Below are positions 48,805 to 58,493 of a stretch of 64,000 nucleotides of DNA, in pieces; the stretch's first letter is position 1, and every line of letters begins with the position of its first letter. The stretch is taken from assembly GCA_040216555.1 (NCBI GenBank), contig JAVJOW010000010.1, positions 32,943 through 96,942 on the forward strand, in the 5' to 3' direction. A model generated the notes under the pieces. The model did no database searches. It saw nothing but the letters and a program-made list of their open reading frames with translations, and was not told the DNA's origin. The stretch is from Arenibacter sp. (GTDB lineage: Bacteria; Bacteroidota; Bacteroidia; Flavobacteriales; Flavobacteriaceae). The translations under genes and the position numbers were made by a program.

Positions 48805-48833
48805 GGTTTAATACCTTTTATTCAACGGAGTGC

Positions 48834-50399
48834 TTAGTCCAAATCCTTGATTACCTCTGTTAAGGCTTTATAAATGACTGGTCCTGTTTCTGGCCCCAAG
48901 GAATTTTCTTCCCCATAGGTGTCACCTTCGCCATTATAGAGGTACGGTTTTCCAGTATCCCATTCACTTTTTGGTATGATGTATCCAATTTCATCATTGG
49001 AAAGGCCCAAATAAAACTTGTACTTGTCGGAAATCAATTCTTGGAGTGGCGGTATCTCCATGGGCTGTATGTCAAACTCACGCCCTTCGGGAGCTTCTAT
49101 GCCACCATAAACAATTTCGGGGTATATTTCCCCGGGGATACTTAAAAATAGGGCAGGGCCTATTCTAATGGCGCCCACTTCTGTGCGGGATTTAAAATAT
49201 TCCGGCATGCCCATTTTGATCAGGCCAATACCACTGGCAATCTTAAAGGTAGTATTGTCCAATGGTGCGAAAATAGTCTTCGCCCTCAGCGAAATATTGG
49301 AACTCGACAAAGTATCCCCTTTTTGTTTTAAGGCTGCCAAGGACATTATGGCAATTTGGTCGCCCAAAGCTTTGGTTTTTTCAAAAGTAGGTTCAAAATA
49401 TTCTTCCCCAGTAAAGGGGTCTGGAATGCCCAAGGAGGGGTGTGGAGCCATTAGTCCGCCAATGGCACCCGAAAAATAAATGGCCACTCCGCCAAGTCCT
49501 TTTTCTACCTGTACCTCTCCATTGTATACGCCATTTTCCATGGCTTCCCGTATATAATGTGGAAAATCCGAACTGATCAATAAATTTTGCGACCAGAGTG
49601 TTTCTGGATGGTTGGCCCAATTGATAAGCGTTCCCATAGTAGAATCGTCTTCGGCATCCAGGACCTGCATTAAATGTATTCCAGTGGCCTTAACAATCGG
49701 TTTTCGGGTGTCTTTGATTAGTTTGTCATCTTCCCCTGAAAGGTCTTCGGCAAAAACCAATTTAGCCGGCCGTAAATTGTTGGCTGCCTCTGTAATAGCG
49801 GCAACGGTTTGAGATTTGACATATTCCATCATGTCTGGATTTACTCCGGAATTGAAGATATTTTCACCCCAGATGCCCACAAGGTCATTGCTTTCGTGGG
49901 TATGTGTAGAGGATAATAAGGTGTAATCTACTCCCAGCTCGGCGGGTATTTGTTTTCTGATGTCGATTACATCGCCGTGTAAAAAACCAATGGCGTCCAT
50001 GGAAATCATGGCTATCCTGGTATTTCCATCATCGATCACCATTACCCGGGACCACACATCATCATGTACCCCCTGGGCAGGTTTGGCATTGCTCATCCCC
50101 GCTATCCAATACGCATCAAATTTTCCATTGTTATTGTTGTCGTTATAGGTGTCGCCTTCATCCTTGCTGTATTTGTTGTTTCCATTGGCATCGTTCCAAG
50201 TGTCCACAATGGTAGGGGTAATGGGTTTTTTGGAAAATCCAGCTTTTATGGGCTGCGGAGATTTGTTTTCAATTTTAAGATCGATGGAATAGTCCGGATG
50301 GCGGTCGCGCCAGTTGTACATCACTACCGATGCCCCAACGATTATCAGTAGCAGTATACCTATCCCAAGAATTTTTAAGGCCTTTTTTAAAGTTTTCAT
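48834..50399 (-). CDS. Neutral/alkaline ceramidase-fold amidohydrolase-like protein, N-terminally anchored (paralogue 1)
   Basis: N-terminal TM; GVHDDVWSRVMV, STHTHE, NWANHPET, SSDFP, IPGEIYPE and GLSNDEIGYI. Confidence 0.72.
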   Translation of the reverse strand: MKTLKKALKILGIGILLLIIVGASVVMYNWRDRHPDYSIDLKIENKSPQPIKAGFSKKPITPTIVDTWNDANGNNKYSKDEGDTYNDNNNNGKFDAYWIAGMSNAKPAQGVHDDVWSRVMVIDDGNTRIAMISMDAIGFLHGDVIDIRKQIPAELGVDYTLLSSTHTHESNDLVGIWGENIFNSGVNPDMMEYVKSQTVAAITEAANNLRPAKLVFAEDLSGEDDKLIKDTRKPIVKATGIHLMQVLDAEDDSTMGTLINWANHPETLWSQNLLISSDFPHYIREAMENGVYNGEVQVEKGLGGVAIYFSGAIGGLMAPHPSLGIPDPFTGEEYFEPTFEKTKALGDQIAIMSLAALKQKGDTLSSSNISLRAKTIFAPLDNTTFKIASGIGLIKMGMPEYFKSRTEVGAIRIGPALFLSIPGEIYPEIVYGGIEAPEGREFDIQPMEIPPLQELISDKYKFYLGLSNDEIGYIIPKSEWDTGKPYLYNGEGDTYGEENSLGPETGPVIYKALTEVIKDLD

Positions 50400-50409
50400 T
50401 ATTTATGTT

Positions 50410-51810
50410 TTATAGCTTGGTATGCGTTAATTCATTGGCCAATTTAAAATTGAGTTCCATGAGATAATCGCCCATACTTGGCCCGTACCATCCCATTAGC
50501 CGAGCTTCATAGGTATCAAAATAATAATATTTTTGTGGTACGATATAGCCTAGATATTGGCCGTTAAAACTACTGAGAACGGAATTGTATCCTTGAAGTT
50601 CCAAGGCATTTTTTAGATCCAGACCGTATTCCCCACTTAACTCATACGGCAGGGCAAGCCAGATGAGATTGTTTAGTTTAAGGCCCTGTACCTGGATAGG
50701 GTTCATTTTGGGCATCAGTTTGCTTCCAAGATATGGGGACAGGCGTAAGCGGTCCGATATGTAGAGGAACTGCAGCTTTGGAATTTCTATTTCCGAAGAT
50801 ATCGCCGTTAAGACCATATTTGCCTGATATTCCATTTTGTCCAAGGCGGATCGGGCCGAATCGGCAAGGGTTTCCCCGATGTATTTGGCTTTTTCAAATT
50901 TCTCACCAATACCTTTATTACTGTGGCTTCCGACCGTACCTGCAAAGAATAGGGCCAAGTCAATTCCATTTTCTTCCAAATGTCGTTGGAAATATCCAGG
51001 ATAATCCCCGGTATATTGTTCGTTATCGGTACCAATAACCGTGGCATGTGCGGAAAAAGCGCCGATAGTAGCTTTTTTGCCGTTTTCCTGAATAAAGGAT
51101 AAAAGATCTAATTTGTCATTAAGACGCCCGGATTCACCTATGATCCTATTGCGCACCAAATTGGGAACCTTAACATAGCCTGAAGAAAATTGGGCAGGTT
51201 GTTTGTCTTCCAAGGCTTGTAAAATGAGGGCGGAAAATTTCTGACCTAGCCATTCTACTACCTCGGGTTGATATTCCCCACCAAAACTTTTGCCCACATA
51301 ACCGGGCATACAATTGCCAATGCTGGAATGGGTATGGGTAGCCCCAAAAAAGAGCTGATTTCGGGATATTTTTCCTTTTAGGTTGTCTGAAACCTTTTTA
51401 ACAACGTCTTCCGGTATTGCCACTAGATCGGCATTGATCAAAACAACGGTTTCATTATCGACTTCAACGGCGATTGCTTTGGCAAAAATGGAATCGTGAA
51501 CACCGGTCGCAATTTTACCGCTACCATATCCGGCCATTTTTATATTGTTGAATTCACCTTTGGTGGGGTCCGGAGTACCACTTATTATTTTTGGGGTGAT
51601 ATTGATCCTTGCGAATCCAGCAAGCATCGGACCCTTGGCCTCGGTTTTATTTTTTATGGACTCCTCTATATTTTCAATAGTATTGCTATAATACTCCGTT
51701 TCAAAATATGGCGTAGTATCAATAGTGCTGGTCGCAAAAAAGAATAGAATAACAAAGAGTACTATTAGCACCCCAAAAATTTTAAGCAATACCCGTAACC
51801 ATTTTCCCAT
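50410..51810 (-). CDS. Neutral/alkaline ceramidase-fold protein, N-terminally anchored (paralogue 2)
   Basis: N-terminal TM; MAGYG, GVHDSIFAKA, ATHTHSS, FSAHAT, TGDYPG, LPYELSG and YLGYI. Confidence 0.75.
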   Translation of the reverse strand: MGKWLRVLLKIFGVLIVLFVILFFFATSTIDTTPYFETEYYSNTIENIEESIKNKTEAKGPMLAGFARINITPKIISGTPDPTKGEFNNIKMAGYGSGKIATGVHDSIFAKAIAVEVDNETVVLINADLVAIPEDVVKKVSDNLKGKISRNQLFFGATHTHSSIGNCMPGYVGKSFGGEYQPEVVEWLGQKFSALILQALEDKQPAQFSSGYVKVPNLVRNRIIGESGRLNDKLDLLSFIQENGKKATIGAFSAHATVIGTDNEQYTGDYPGYFQRHLEENGIDLALFFAGTVGSHSNKGIGEKFEKAKYIGETLADSARSALDKMEYQANMVLTAISSEIEIPKLQFLYISDRLRLSPYLGSKLMPKMNPIQVQGLKLNNLIWLALPYELSGEYGLDLKNALELQGYNSVLSSFNGQYLGYIVPQKYYYFDTYEARLMGWYGPSMGDYLMELNFKLANELTHTKL

Positions 51811-51818
51811 TGTTGTTT

Positions 51819-52898
51819 TTAATTAAGTTTTTGCGGATCCAAAACGATGTACTTCACTGTTTTTCTGTTCCATGTATATACAATATGTACTTTCCCATCA
51901 GGAGCCTGTATCATGGTAGGATAGGAATATTCTTCCCCTTCCTTATCCGTATTTTCCCTTAAGGGTTCCAGGTCCAAAACACGTTTCCAATTTGTGCCGT
52001 CATTGGACAGGGCCAGGCTCAATGGCACCCGATCTCCCCAATTTTTCCCGGTAGGGTTGTAAACCAACAATTGGCGCCCATCTTTTAGGCTAACGCCATC
52101 AATGCCAGAATTGGGATTGGGTAAGGCAGTGGCGGTCATTTTGCTCCAAGTACTGCCGTAATCGGAAGACCAATTTTGTGTAACAACTTCGTTTTCAGTT
52201 CTACTCAAGAGCTGTAATTTGCCATTTCCATAATTTAGGACCACGGGTTGAATGGCGCCAAATTCCTTTCCATCATTAAGAGGCTGGGTTTTGGACCAAG
52301 TCTTTCCGTTATCAGTACTAAGTTCTAGATGTATTTTCCATCCGTCAGTGTCGTCTTCCGTGCTGGATGGAGAGAGTATTTCACCACTTGCCAATTGTAT
52401 GGGCTGGTTTTTAATGGGTCCCAGAATACCTTCTGGTAGATGTATTGGCTTGGACCAAGTTTTTCCATCATCATTAGAGGTCATATACAGCCCCCACCAT
52501 TCGGTAGGACTTGGACCTACCTTGTAAAATAAAAATAGCGGTTGGTCTTTGGGTTTAAATAATACCGGGTTCCAACAAGGGTATCTAGTACCATCTTCCT
52601 GCACACCGTTCACTACTTCTATAGGGGTAGACCATGAACCACTAGTATTTCGGGAAACCCAAATGCCAACATCATCATTTTTTTCTTCGGTACCACCAAA
52701 CCAAGAGGCTATTACGGTCCCATTGCTTACTTCTAAAGTGGAGGCATGGCATTCAGGGGTAAGTGCATCTTCCAATTCATAAATAAATTCTTGTTCCACA
52801 ATGGCAGGATGGTCCAATGGAACCACTTCCGGTAATTTTTCCATTTTTCCTTTACACGATACTACTAACAAGGTACACAATAAAAATAAAAGTCTCAT
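51819..52898 (-). CDS. BNR/Asp-box beta-propeller (sialidase-like) lipoprotein
   Basis: Lipobox VVSC; Asp-boxes SNDDGKTW, STDNGKTW, SSDYGSTW and SNDGTNW; YSYP. Confidence 0.8.
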   Translation of the reverse strand: MRLLFLLCTLLVVSCKGKMEKLPEVVPLDHPAIVEQEFIYELEDALTPECHASTLEVSNGTVIASWFGGTEEKNDDVGIWVSRNTSGSWSTPIEVVNGVQEDGTRYPCWNPVLFKPKDQPLFLFYKVGPSPTEWWGLYMTSNDDGKTWSKPIHLPEGILGPIKNQPIQLASGEILSPSSTEDDTDGWKIHLELSTDNGKTWSKTQPLNDGKEFGAIQPVVLNYGNGKLQLLSRTENEVVTQNWSSDYGSTWSKMTATALPNPNSGIDGVSLKDGRQLLVYNPTGKNWGDRVPLSLALSNDGTNWKRVLDLEPLRENTDKEGEEYSYPTMIQAPDGKVHIVYTWNRKTVKYIVLDPQKLN

Positions 52899-55261
52899 AA
52901 GGTAGATTTAGATGATTGTTGATTACTTAAAAGGTGTGGCTCTTTGGCCATTATAAAAGTTAGTTGACCGCCATTGGCAATTTCTTCGTGCTTTATCCAA
53001 GTGCGGCCCAAGGGCTTGCTGTTCAGCAGTATTTTTTTTACATAGATGTTATTGGGATCGTAGTTTTCCGTACCAATGTTCAATTGATGTTCGCCCATTT
53101 GTAGAACAGCATTCTTAAATAATGGTGCGCCCAGTTGATAAATGTCCGTTCCGGCAATAGGATAAAACCCAAGGGAGCTAAAAATGTACCAGGCCGACAA
53201 GGTGCCCGCATCATCATTGCCGTCTATGCCCACATAGGAATTATCGTATTTATTGTCCAGTATCCAACGGATCCATTTTTGGGTCAAATCGGGCCGTTCC
53301 ACGGAATTGAAAAGATAGGCTGCATGGATATCCGGTTCATTGCCATGCCAGTAGTAGGAGCCTGGGGTCCAGGTTGCTTTTTTTGGATCGGCTTTGGCAA
53401 AAAAGTTGTTCAGTTCACTCACAAAATAATCCTTGTTCTTAAAAAGAGATACCAAGCCGTCTGTGTCATAGGGCACCGCCCACCGCCATTGTAGGGCACT
53501 TCCTTCGGTATAATCCTTGGTATACTCATGGTCCCAATCGGTATAGGTGAGTTGCAAGGGCTTAAATTTTTCCACAAATCTTCCATCCTTATATCTAGGT
53601 TGAAAATACTGGGTATCTGGATTCCATACATTCTTATAAAATTTGGAATGTCTTTCAAAAAGGATTTGGTCTTCAGGCAGTTGTAATTCTTTGGCCAAAA
53701 GGCTTATGGAATGGTCGGCCCAGGCATATTCCAGGGTTTTGCTTACGGCTTCATCCCCAAATTCTGTTGGGCAATAGCCATAGGTAAGGTATCCTTCAAT
53801 CTCTTCCCGGCCAGCAGCGGAACTATCTTTGGGAATGGGCTCCAGGGCCACTTGTCTCATTTTTTTATAGGCAAGGTCCACATCAAAATTGCGTATACCC
53901 TTTAAGTAGGATTCTGCAATGACCATATCGGCAGGGGAACCCAGCATGGAATTACTATACCCGTACCCCGAGGGCCAACGAGGTAAGCTACCCCCTTGTT
54001 TTGCCATTTCCACCAAGGAGACCAACATATCCCTTTGCTCGTCCTTTGCTATTAGATTGAATAGTGGATGTACGGTGCGGAAAGTATCCCATAAGGAAAG
54101 ATCCGTGTAGTAGTTGAAATCGGTAGCTTGGTGGATTTTTTTGTCGAAGCCCATGAATTCCCCATTAACATCATTAAAGATGGTCGGCATTTGAAAACTC
54201 CTATATAAAGCACTGTAAAAGACTTTTTTATCTTCCAAGGAGCCACCATCGATTTTAATTAATGACAGTTTGCTTTCCCATTTGTCCTTGGCCATTTGAA
54301 GTATATCGACAAAATTACGATGGCCTACTTCGGTCTCCAGGTTTAAACGGGCATTTTCAATACTTATATGTGAAATACCAACTTTGGTATTTATATTTTC
54401 TTGGGTGAATCCGAGATAAATTTTTAGACTGTCACTTTTTTTACTAAGGCCTTTTTTGTCCAATGATTGTCCATCCCAGATGCCATAGTCGGAAAATGGT
54501 TGGTCAAATTTTGCCACGAAGTATACCTGTATTCCACCGAATCGACTTGCAAAGCTGCCAAATGTCCTAACCGAACCTTCAATTTCATAGTTCTTGGGGA
54601 GTATGTGGACAAACCCTTCCTTTGCTGGACGGTTTCCAGTGGTATTGGTAATATGGATAATCAAATTTTTGTTGCCTTCGTTGGGAAAGGTATATCGGTG
54701 AAGGCCGCTACGTTCTGTGGCCGTAAGTTCGGCAACAATGTCCTCTTTTTCTAATGCTACACGATAATACCCAGGAAATGCGATTTCATCGTTATGAGAA
54801 AATTTATGAGCATAATCCAATTGGAAATCAATTTTGTCACTGGGTGTAGTTGTGGGTGTAAATAGAAAATGCCCTCCGTCGGTTGCACCTGTCCCGGCCA
54901 ATCGGGTATGACTAAAGCCTAATATTTTGTTGTCCCCATAGTAATACCCGGAAGTGCTAAAATTTTTGGTGTTATTGTAGAAAGACATGGTTTCGGGACT
55001 TAGGCGGACCATACCAAAGGGAAGGGTGGCGCCCGGAAAGTTAAATCCACAAACCCAATACGGAAAGCCTCCCGTTCCTATAAAGGTGTTAACAAATTTC
55101 CCTAATTCTCCTGGGCTTACGTTTTCTGTTTGATTCTTTGGAGTTGCCTTTACAATACTATTGTATTTAAAGCTAGCTATAAAAATAGCAAGAAGCACTA
55201 GGCCTATGACCATTCCAATGGCATAGGCAGTGATTTTCGCTAGTCTTTTGAGCAACTTCAT
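52895..55261 (-). CDS. GH92 alpha-mannosidase family protein
   Basis: VNTFIGTGG, PGATLPFGMVRLSP, GFSHTRLAG, SLWDTFR, YTEGS..QWRW, HGNEP and GNDDAGTLSAWY. Confidence 0.92.
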   Translation of the reverse strand: MKLLKRLAKITAYAIGMVIGLVLLAIFIASFKYNSIVKATPKNQTENVSPGELGKFVNTFIGTGGFPYWVCGFNFPGATLPFGMVRLSPETMSFYNNTKNFSTSGYYYGDNKILGFSHTRLAGTGATDGGHFLFTPTTTPSDKIDFQLDYAHKFSHNDEIAFPGYYRVALEKEDIVAELTATERSGLHRYTFPNEGNKNLIIHITNTTGNRPAKEGFVHILPKNYEIEGSVRTFGSFASRFGGIQVYFVAKFDQPFSDYGIWDGQSLDKKGLSKKSDSLKIYLGFTQENINTKVGISHISIENARLNLETEVGHRNFVDILQMAKDKWESKLSLIKIDGGSLEDKKVFYSALYRSFQMPTIFNDVNGEFMGFDKKIHQATDFNYYTDLSLWDTFRTVHPLFNLIAKDEQRDMLVSLVEMAKQGGSLPRWPSGYGYSNSMLGSPADMVIAESYLKGIRNFDVDLAYKKMRQVALEPIPKDSSAAGREEIEGYLTYGYCPTEFGDEAVSKTLEYAWADHSISLLAKELQLPEDQILFERHSKFYKNVWNPDTQYFQPRYKDGRFVEKFKPLQLTYTDWDHEYTKDYTEGSALQWRWAVPYDTDGLVSLFKNKDYFVSELNNFFAKADPKKATWTPGSYYWHGNEPDIHAAYLFNSVERPDLTQKWIRWILDNKYDNSYVGIDGNDDAGTLSAWYIFSSLGFYPIAGTDIYQLGAPLFKNAVLQMGEHQLNIGTENYDPNNIYVKKILLNSKPLGRTWIKHEEIANGGQLTFIMAKEPHLLSNQQSSKSTL

Positions 55262-55277
55262 TGGGATTCCTAATATT

Positions 55278-56234
55278 TTAGTTTAATGGGATGTGCTTTT
55301 CAAAAAATCGATCCATATGGTATTGGCAATAAGCATTCACTTTTACCGAGGCATCCATAGTATGTGGCCACCCTTTTAGTTTGTGGTAATACGAAATGGC
55401 ACCGGCCTTTTGTAGCGTAGCATGCAATATATCAGATTGTTCATAGGGAACCAACTCGTCCAAAGTACCTTGAAATGTAAGGGTTGGGGGCACGTTGTTG
55501 GAGATTAAAAACAAGGGGGAGGCTTTTTTATACATTTCTGGAGCCTCTTCATAGGATTTACCTATCAGATATTGAACCGAGGATGCTTTGATGGCCGTTT
55601 CATCGGTAAGGTTGGAAGGGCCGTAAAAATTTACAATAGCCTGTACATTTGCAGATACCCCGTTTGTATCCACATCATCCGGCGTATTGGAATAGGCGTT
55701 CATCATGGCTAAATGGCCACCTGCGGATCCGCCGACCATGGCAACTTTAGTGGCATCTATATGATAATTGGCAGCATTAAGTTTAAGCCATCTTACAGCG
55801 TCTTCCACATCATGGAGCTGGGCAGGATATTTTGCGACATCTGTTAATCTATATTGAATAGTAGCTGTAACATAGCCTTTTTTCGCGAAACTGGCTAGAT
55901 ACAACAAGTAATCGTGTTTGTTTCCTTTTTTCCATGCACCACCATGAATGAAAATTATTAGAGGCGCATCTTTTTTTATATCCTTGGAATGGTAAATGTC
56001 CAATTTAAGCTGGATAGAGTCCACGGTTTTGTAGACAACATCTTTGTATTCCTTTATGTCCTCTGGAATGGGGAAGTCGGTTTCTATTATTTTTAAGGCC
56101 CCGGTTGCATAGGCAATCTTTAAAGTAGTATTGTTGGAGTATCCCTTTGGGGGGACAGACACATCATATGGTTTGGCCTTACAGCCCAGCAATAAGGTTA
56201 ATGCAATTATGGGAATGAAAATATTTCTAATCAT
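55278..56234 (-). CDS. Lipoprotein alpha/beta hydrolase (HSL/BD-FAE-like), paralogue A
   Basis: Start Met 56234 overlapping the upstream TGA (track start 56321); lipobox LLGC; IHGGAW, GGSAGGH, GTLDELVP and WPH. Confidence 0.85.
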   Translation of the reverse strand: MIRNIFIPIIALTLLLGCKAKPYDVSVPPKGYSNNTTLKIAYATGALKIIETDFPIPEDIKEYKDVVYKTVDSIQLKLDIYHSKDIKKDAPLIIFIHGGAWKKGNKHDYLLYLASFAKKGYVTATIQYRLTDVAKYPAQLHDVEDAVRWLKLNAANYHIDATKVAMVGGSAGGHLAMMNAYSNTPDDVDTNGVSANVQAIVNFYGPSNLTDETAIKASSVQYLIGKSYEEAPEMYKKASPLFLISNNVPPTLTFQGTLDELVPYEQSDILHATLQKAGAISYYHKLKGWPHTMDASVKVNAYCQYHMDRFFEKHIPLN

Positions 56235-57184
56235 AGTTTTAAATGTTTTTCCAAGAATATATCTGTATGATATTGGATATAGGAGAACACCTTTGCAGAA
56301 AGGTCCATAGCATGTGGCCAACCCTTTAATTCGTGATAGTAACTGGGAACCCTATAAGTTTGCAATGTTTCATGAAGTTTTTTGGACTGGCCATAAGGGA
56401 CCAGTTCATCCAAAGTGCCATGAAAGGAAATTGTTGGTGGGGAGTCTTTATTTACATATAAAATGGGTGAAGCCTGTTTGTACATTTCCGGGGCTTCCTC
56501 ATATGTCTTTCCAAATAATCGATGTACCCTTTTTTCCTTTTTTGCAATTTCGGTTGTTAAATCCGAAGGCCCATAAATATTTATTACGGCCTGCACATTG
56601 GTAGGTATACCATTGCTGTCCACTGTATTGGAAGAATGGGTATAGGCGTACTGCATGGCCAAATGTGCCCCTGCAGAACCACCAGCGATGGCGACCTTAT
56701 TTACATTGATGTTGTAATCCTTTGCATGGAATTTTAACCATTTTACGGCGTCCTCAACATCCAAGATTTGCGCAGGGTACTTGGCCGCGCCGCTTAATCT
56801 GTATTGTATGGTCGCTGTTATATACCCCTTCTGTGCATAGCTGATCAAATAGTGTAACACATTGCTTTTCTTTCCTTTTTCCCAAGCCCCACCATGTATA
56901 AAAATGATAAGGGGAGCATCTTTTTTTAAGGCTTTAGGTTCATAGATGTCCAGCTTTAATGAAGTGCTATCTATGGTTTTATAAACCAGATTCTTGTGTT
57001 CTTGGATACTTTCCGGTATTGCTACCTTGGTTATAGTGGGCTCAATGGCACCTAGCGCATATGCTATTTTGAGACTGATGTTATTTGCAAAGCCTTTGGG
57101 CGGCAGGGAAGGATCGTATTGATCGGGCTTGCAGCCAACCACCAATAGAAACATCCAAATGACAAATACTATTCTCATGACCAT
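56231..57184 (-). CDS. Lipoprotein alpha/beta hydrolase (HSL/BD-FAE-like), paralogue B
   Basis: Lipobox VVGC; IHGGAW, GGSAGAH, GTLDELVP and WPH; colinear with 55278-56234. Confidence 0.85.
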   Translation of the reverse strand: MVMRIVFVIWMFLLVVGCKPDQYDPSLPPKGFANNISLKIAYALGAIEPTITKVAIPESIQEHKNLVYKTIDSTSLKLDIYEPKALKKDAPLIIFIHGGAWEKGKKSNVLHYLISYAQKGYITATIQYRLSGAAKYPAQILDVEDAVKWLKFHAKDYNINVNKVAIAGGSAGAHLAMQYAYTHSSNTVDSNGIPTNVQAVINIYGPSDLTTEIAKKEKRVHRLFGKTYEEAPEMYKQASPILYVNKDSPPTISFHGTLDELVPYGQSKKLHETLQTYRVPSYYHELKGWPHAMDLSAKVFSYIQYHTDIFLEKHLKL

Positions 57185-57196
57185 AATTTATTATCC

Positions 57197-58477
57197 TTAA
57201 GGTTCAGATTTTTTATTATTGATGAAAAATTCTTTAAGTTTTATTGTTTTGTTATTTACTAAGGGGCTTGCCCAAAATCCGATACTAAAAATAAAACCAA
57301 GTGTGATATACAAAAAGAACATGCCACCTTTTAGTCCAACCAAATCACCTAAAGCCCCAATTATAAGGGGGACAATGGCCCCACCTACAATTCCGGAACA
57401 CAATATACCCGACAGGGCTCCATGGTTTTCCTTAACAGAGTTCAACGCTAGGGAAAAAATAACGGACCACATTATAGAGGCAAAAAAACCTACCAGGGGG
57501 AACGCTAAAACCGCTATATGGGCAGGGCCAAAAAGTGCAGCTGACAAACTTAGAATGGCAGCTCCAGAAAATATTTTAAGTACCAATTTGCTATCCATAA
57601 ATTTTAGTAGTAGTAATCCTAAGATACAGCCAACCGTCAGTAATCCCCAAAACAAGGATATGGCATTGGCTCCCTCTATTCTGGGGTCCATGCTATGATA
57701 TTCCGATAAAAATTGTGACATCCAATTGGCGACACCCTGTTCTGTGCCAACATAGGCGAACAAGCCCATAAAGAATAGGATTACTTTTTTGTTTTTTAAC
57801 AAACCTTTGTTTGTGGACCAGTTGCCCGCTTTTTCCTCATTATTTCTTTCAACCTTAGGTAATTTTATGGAATAAATGAGGATGATCATAATCAGCGAGA
57901 TGATCGCGAATATCCAGTAAAGTGAAACCCAAGGCAAATTTCCGGGTACTATATTGTGAAAAATGTTGATGATAAAATTGGTATTGTCAGGACCAGGGTA
58001 GTTTTCCAAGTTAAGCACGAGATAGGTGAAAAGGAACGGGCTAATAAAAGAGGCCATTCCAAATGCCAATTGGCCCATAACGGAATTAAAGGCAAAATGT
58101 TCCTCACCCCCTGCCACCCTTAATAAAGGATTTATGGCCACTTGCAACATGGCCATTCCCGAACCAATTAAAAACAGGGATATTAAGGCCATGGAAAAAT
58201 TGGGAAAAATGGAAAATAAAACGGCTCCCAAAAAAGATACCATAAATGCGGCCAGGATTACCTGTTTTTCTCCGTAACGCTCAACAGCAATGCCCGAGGG
58301 TATGGAAAATATCCCATAAGCAACAAAAAAGGCGAATGGCAACAGGGCGGCCATGGTTAAGCTAACCTTGAAATCCGAGATGATATCGGGGATCAAGGGG
58401 CCTAGAATATTGGTAAGAAAGGAAATGACAAAAAAGATGAATAAAATAAGGGCAACAATAAACTGATTTTTTCCCAT
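57197..58477 (-). CDS. MFS sugar transporter (FucP/GluP-like)
   Basis: About 12 TM segments; LQVAINP, YVGTEQG and GGAIVP. Confidence 0.87.
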   Translation of the reverse strand: MGKNQFIVALILFIFFVISFLTNILGPLIPDIISDFKVSLTMAALLPFAFFVAYGIFSIPSGIAVERYGEKQVILAAFMVSFLGAVLFSIFPNFSMALISLFLIGSGMAMLQVAINPLLRVAGGEEHFAFNSVMGQLAFGMASFISPFLFTYLVLNLENYPGPDNTNFIINIFHNIVPGNLPWVSLYWIFAIISLIMIILIYSIKLPKVERNNEEKAGNWSTNKGLLKNKKVILFFMGLFAYVGTEQGVANWMSQFLSEYHSMDPRIEGANAISLFWGLLTVGCILGLLLLKFMDSKLVLKIFSGAAILSLSAALFGPAHIAVLAFPLVGFFASIMWSVIFSLALNSVKENHGALSGILCSGIVGGAIVPLIIGALGDLVGLKGGMFFLYITLGFIFSIGFWASPLVNNKTIKLKEFFINNKKSEP

Positions 58478-58493
58478 CTTATGTTTGTCAGGT

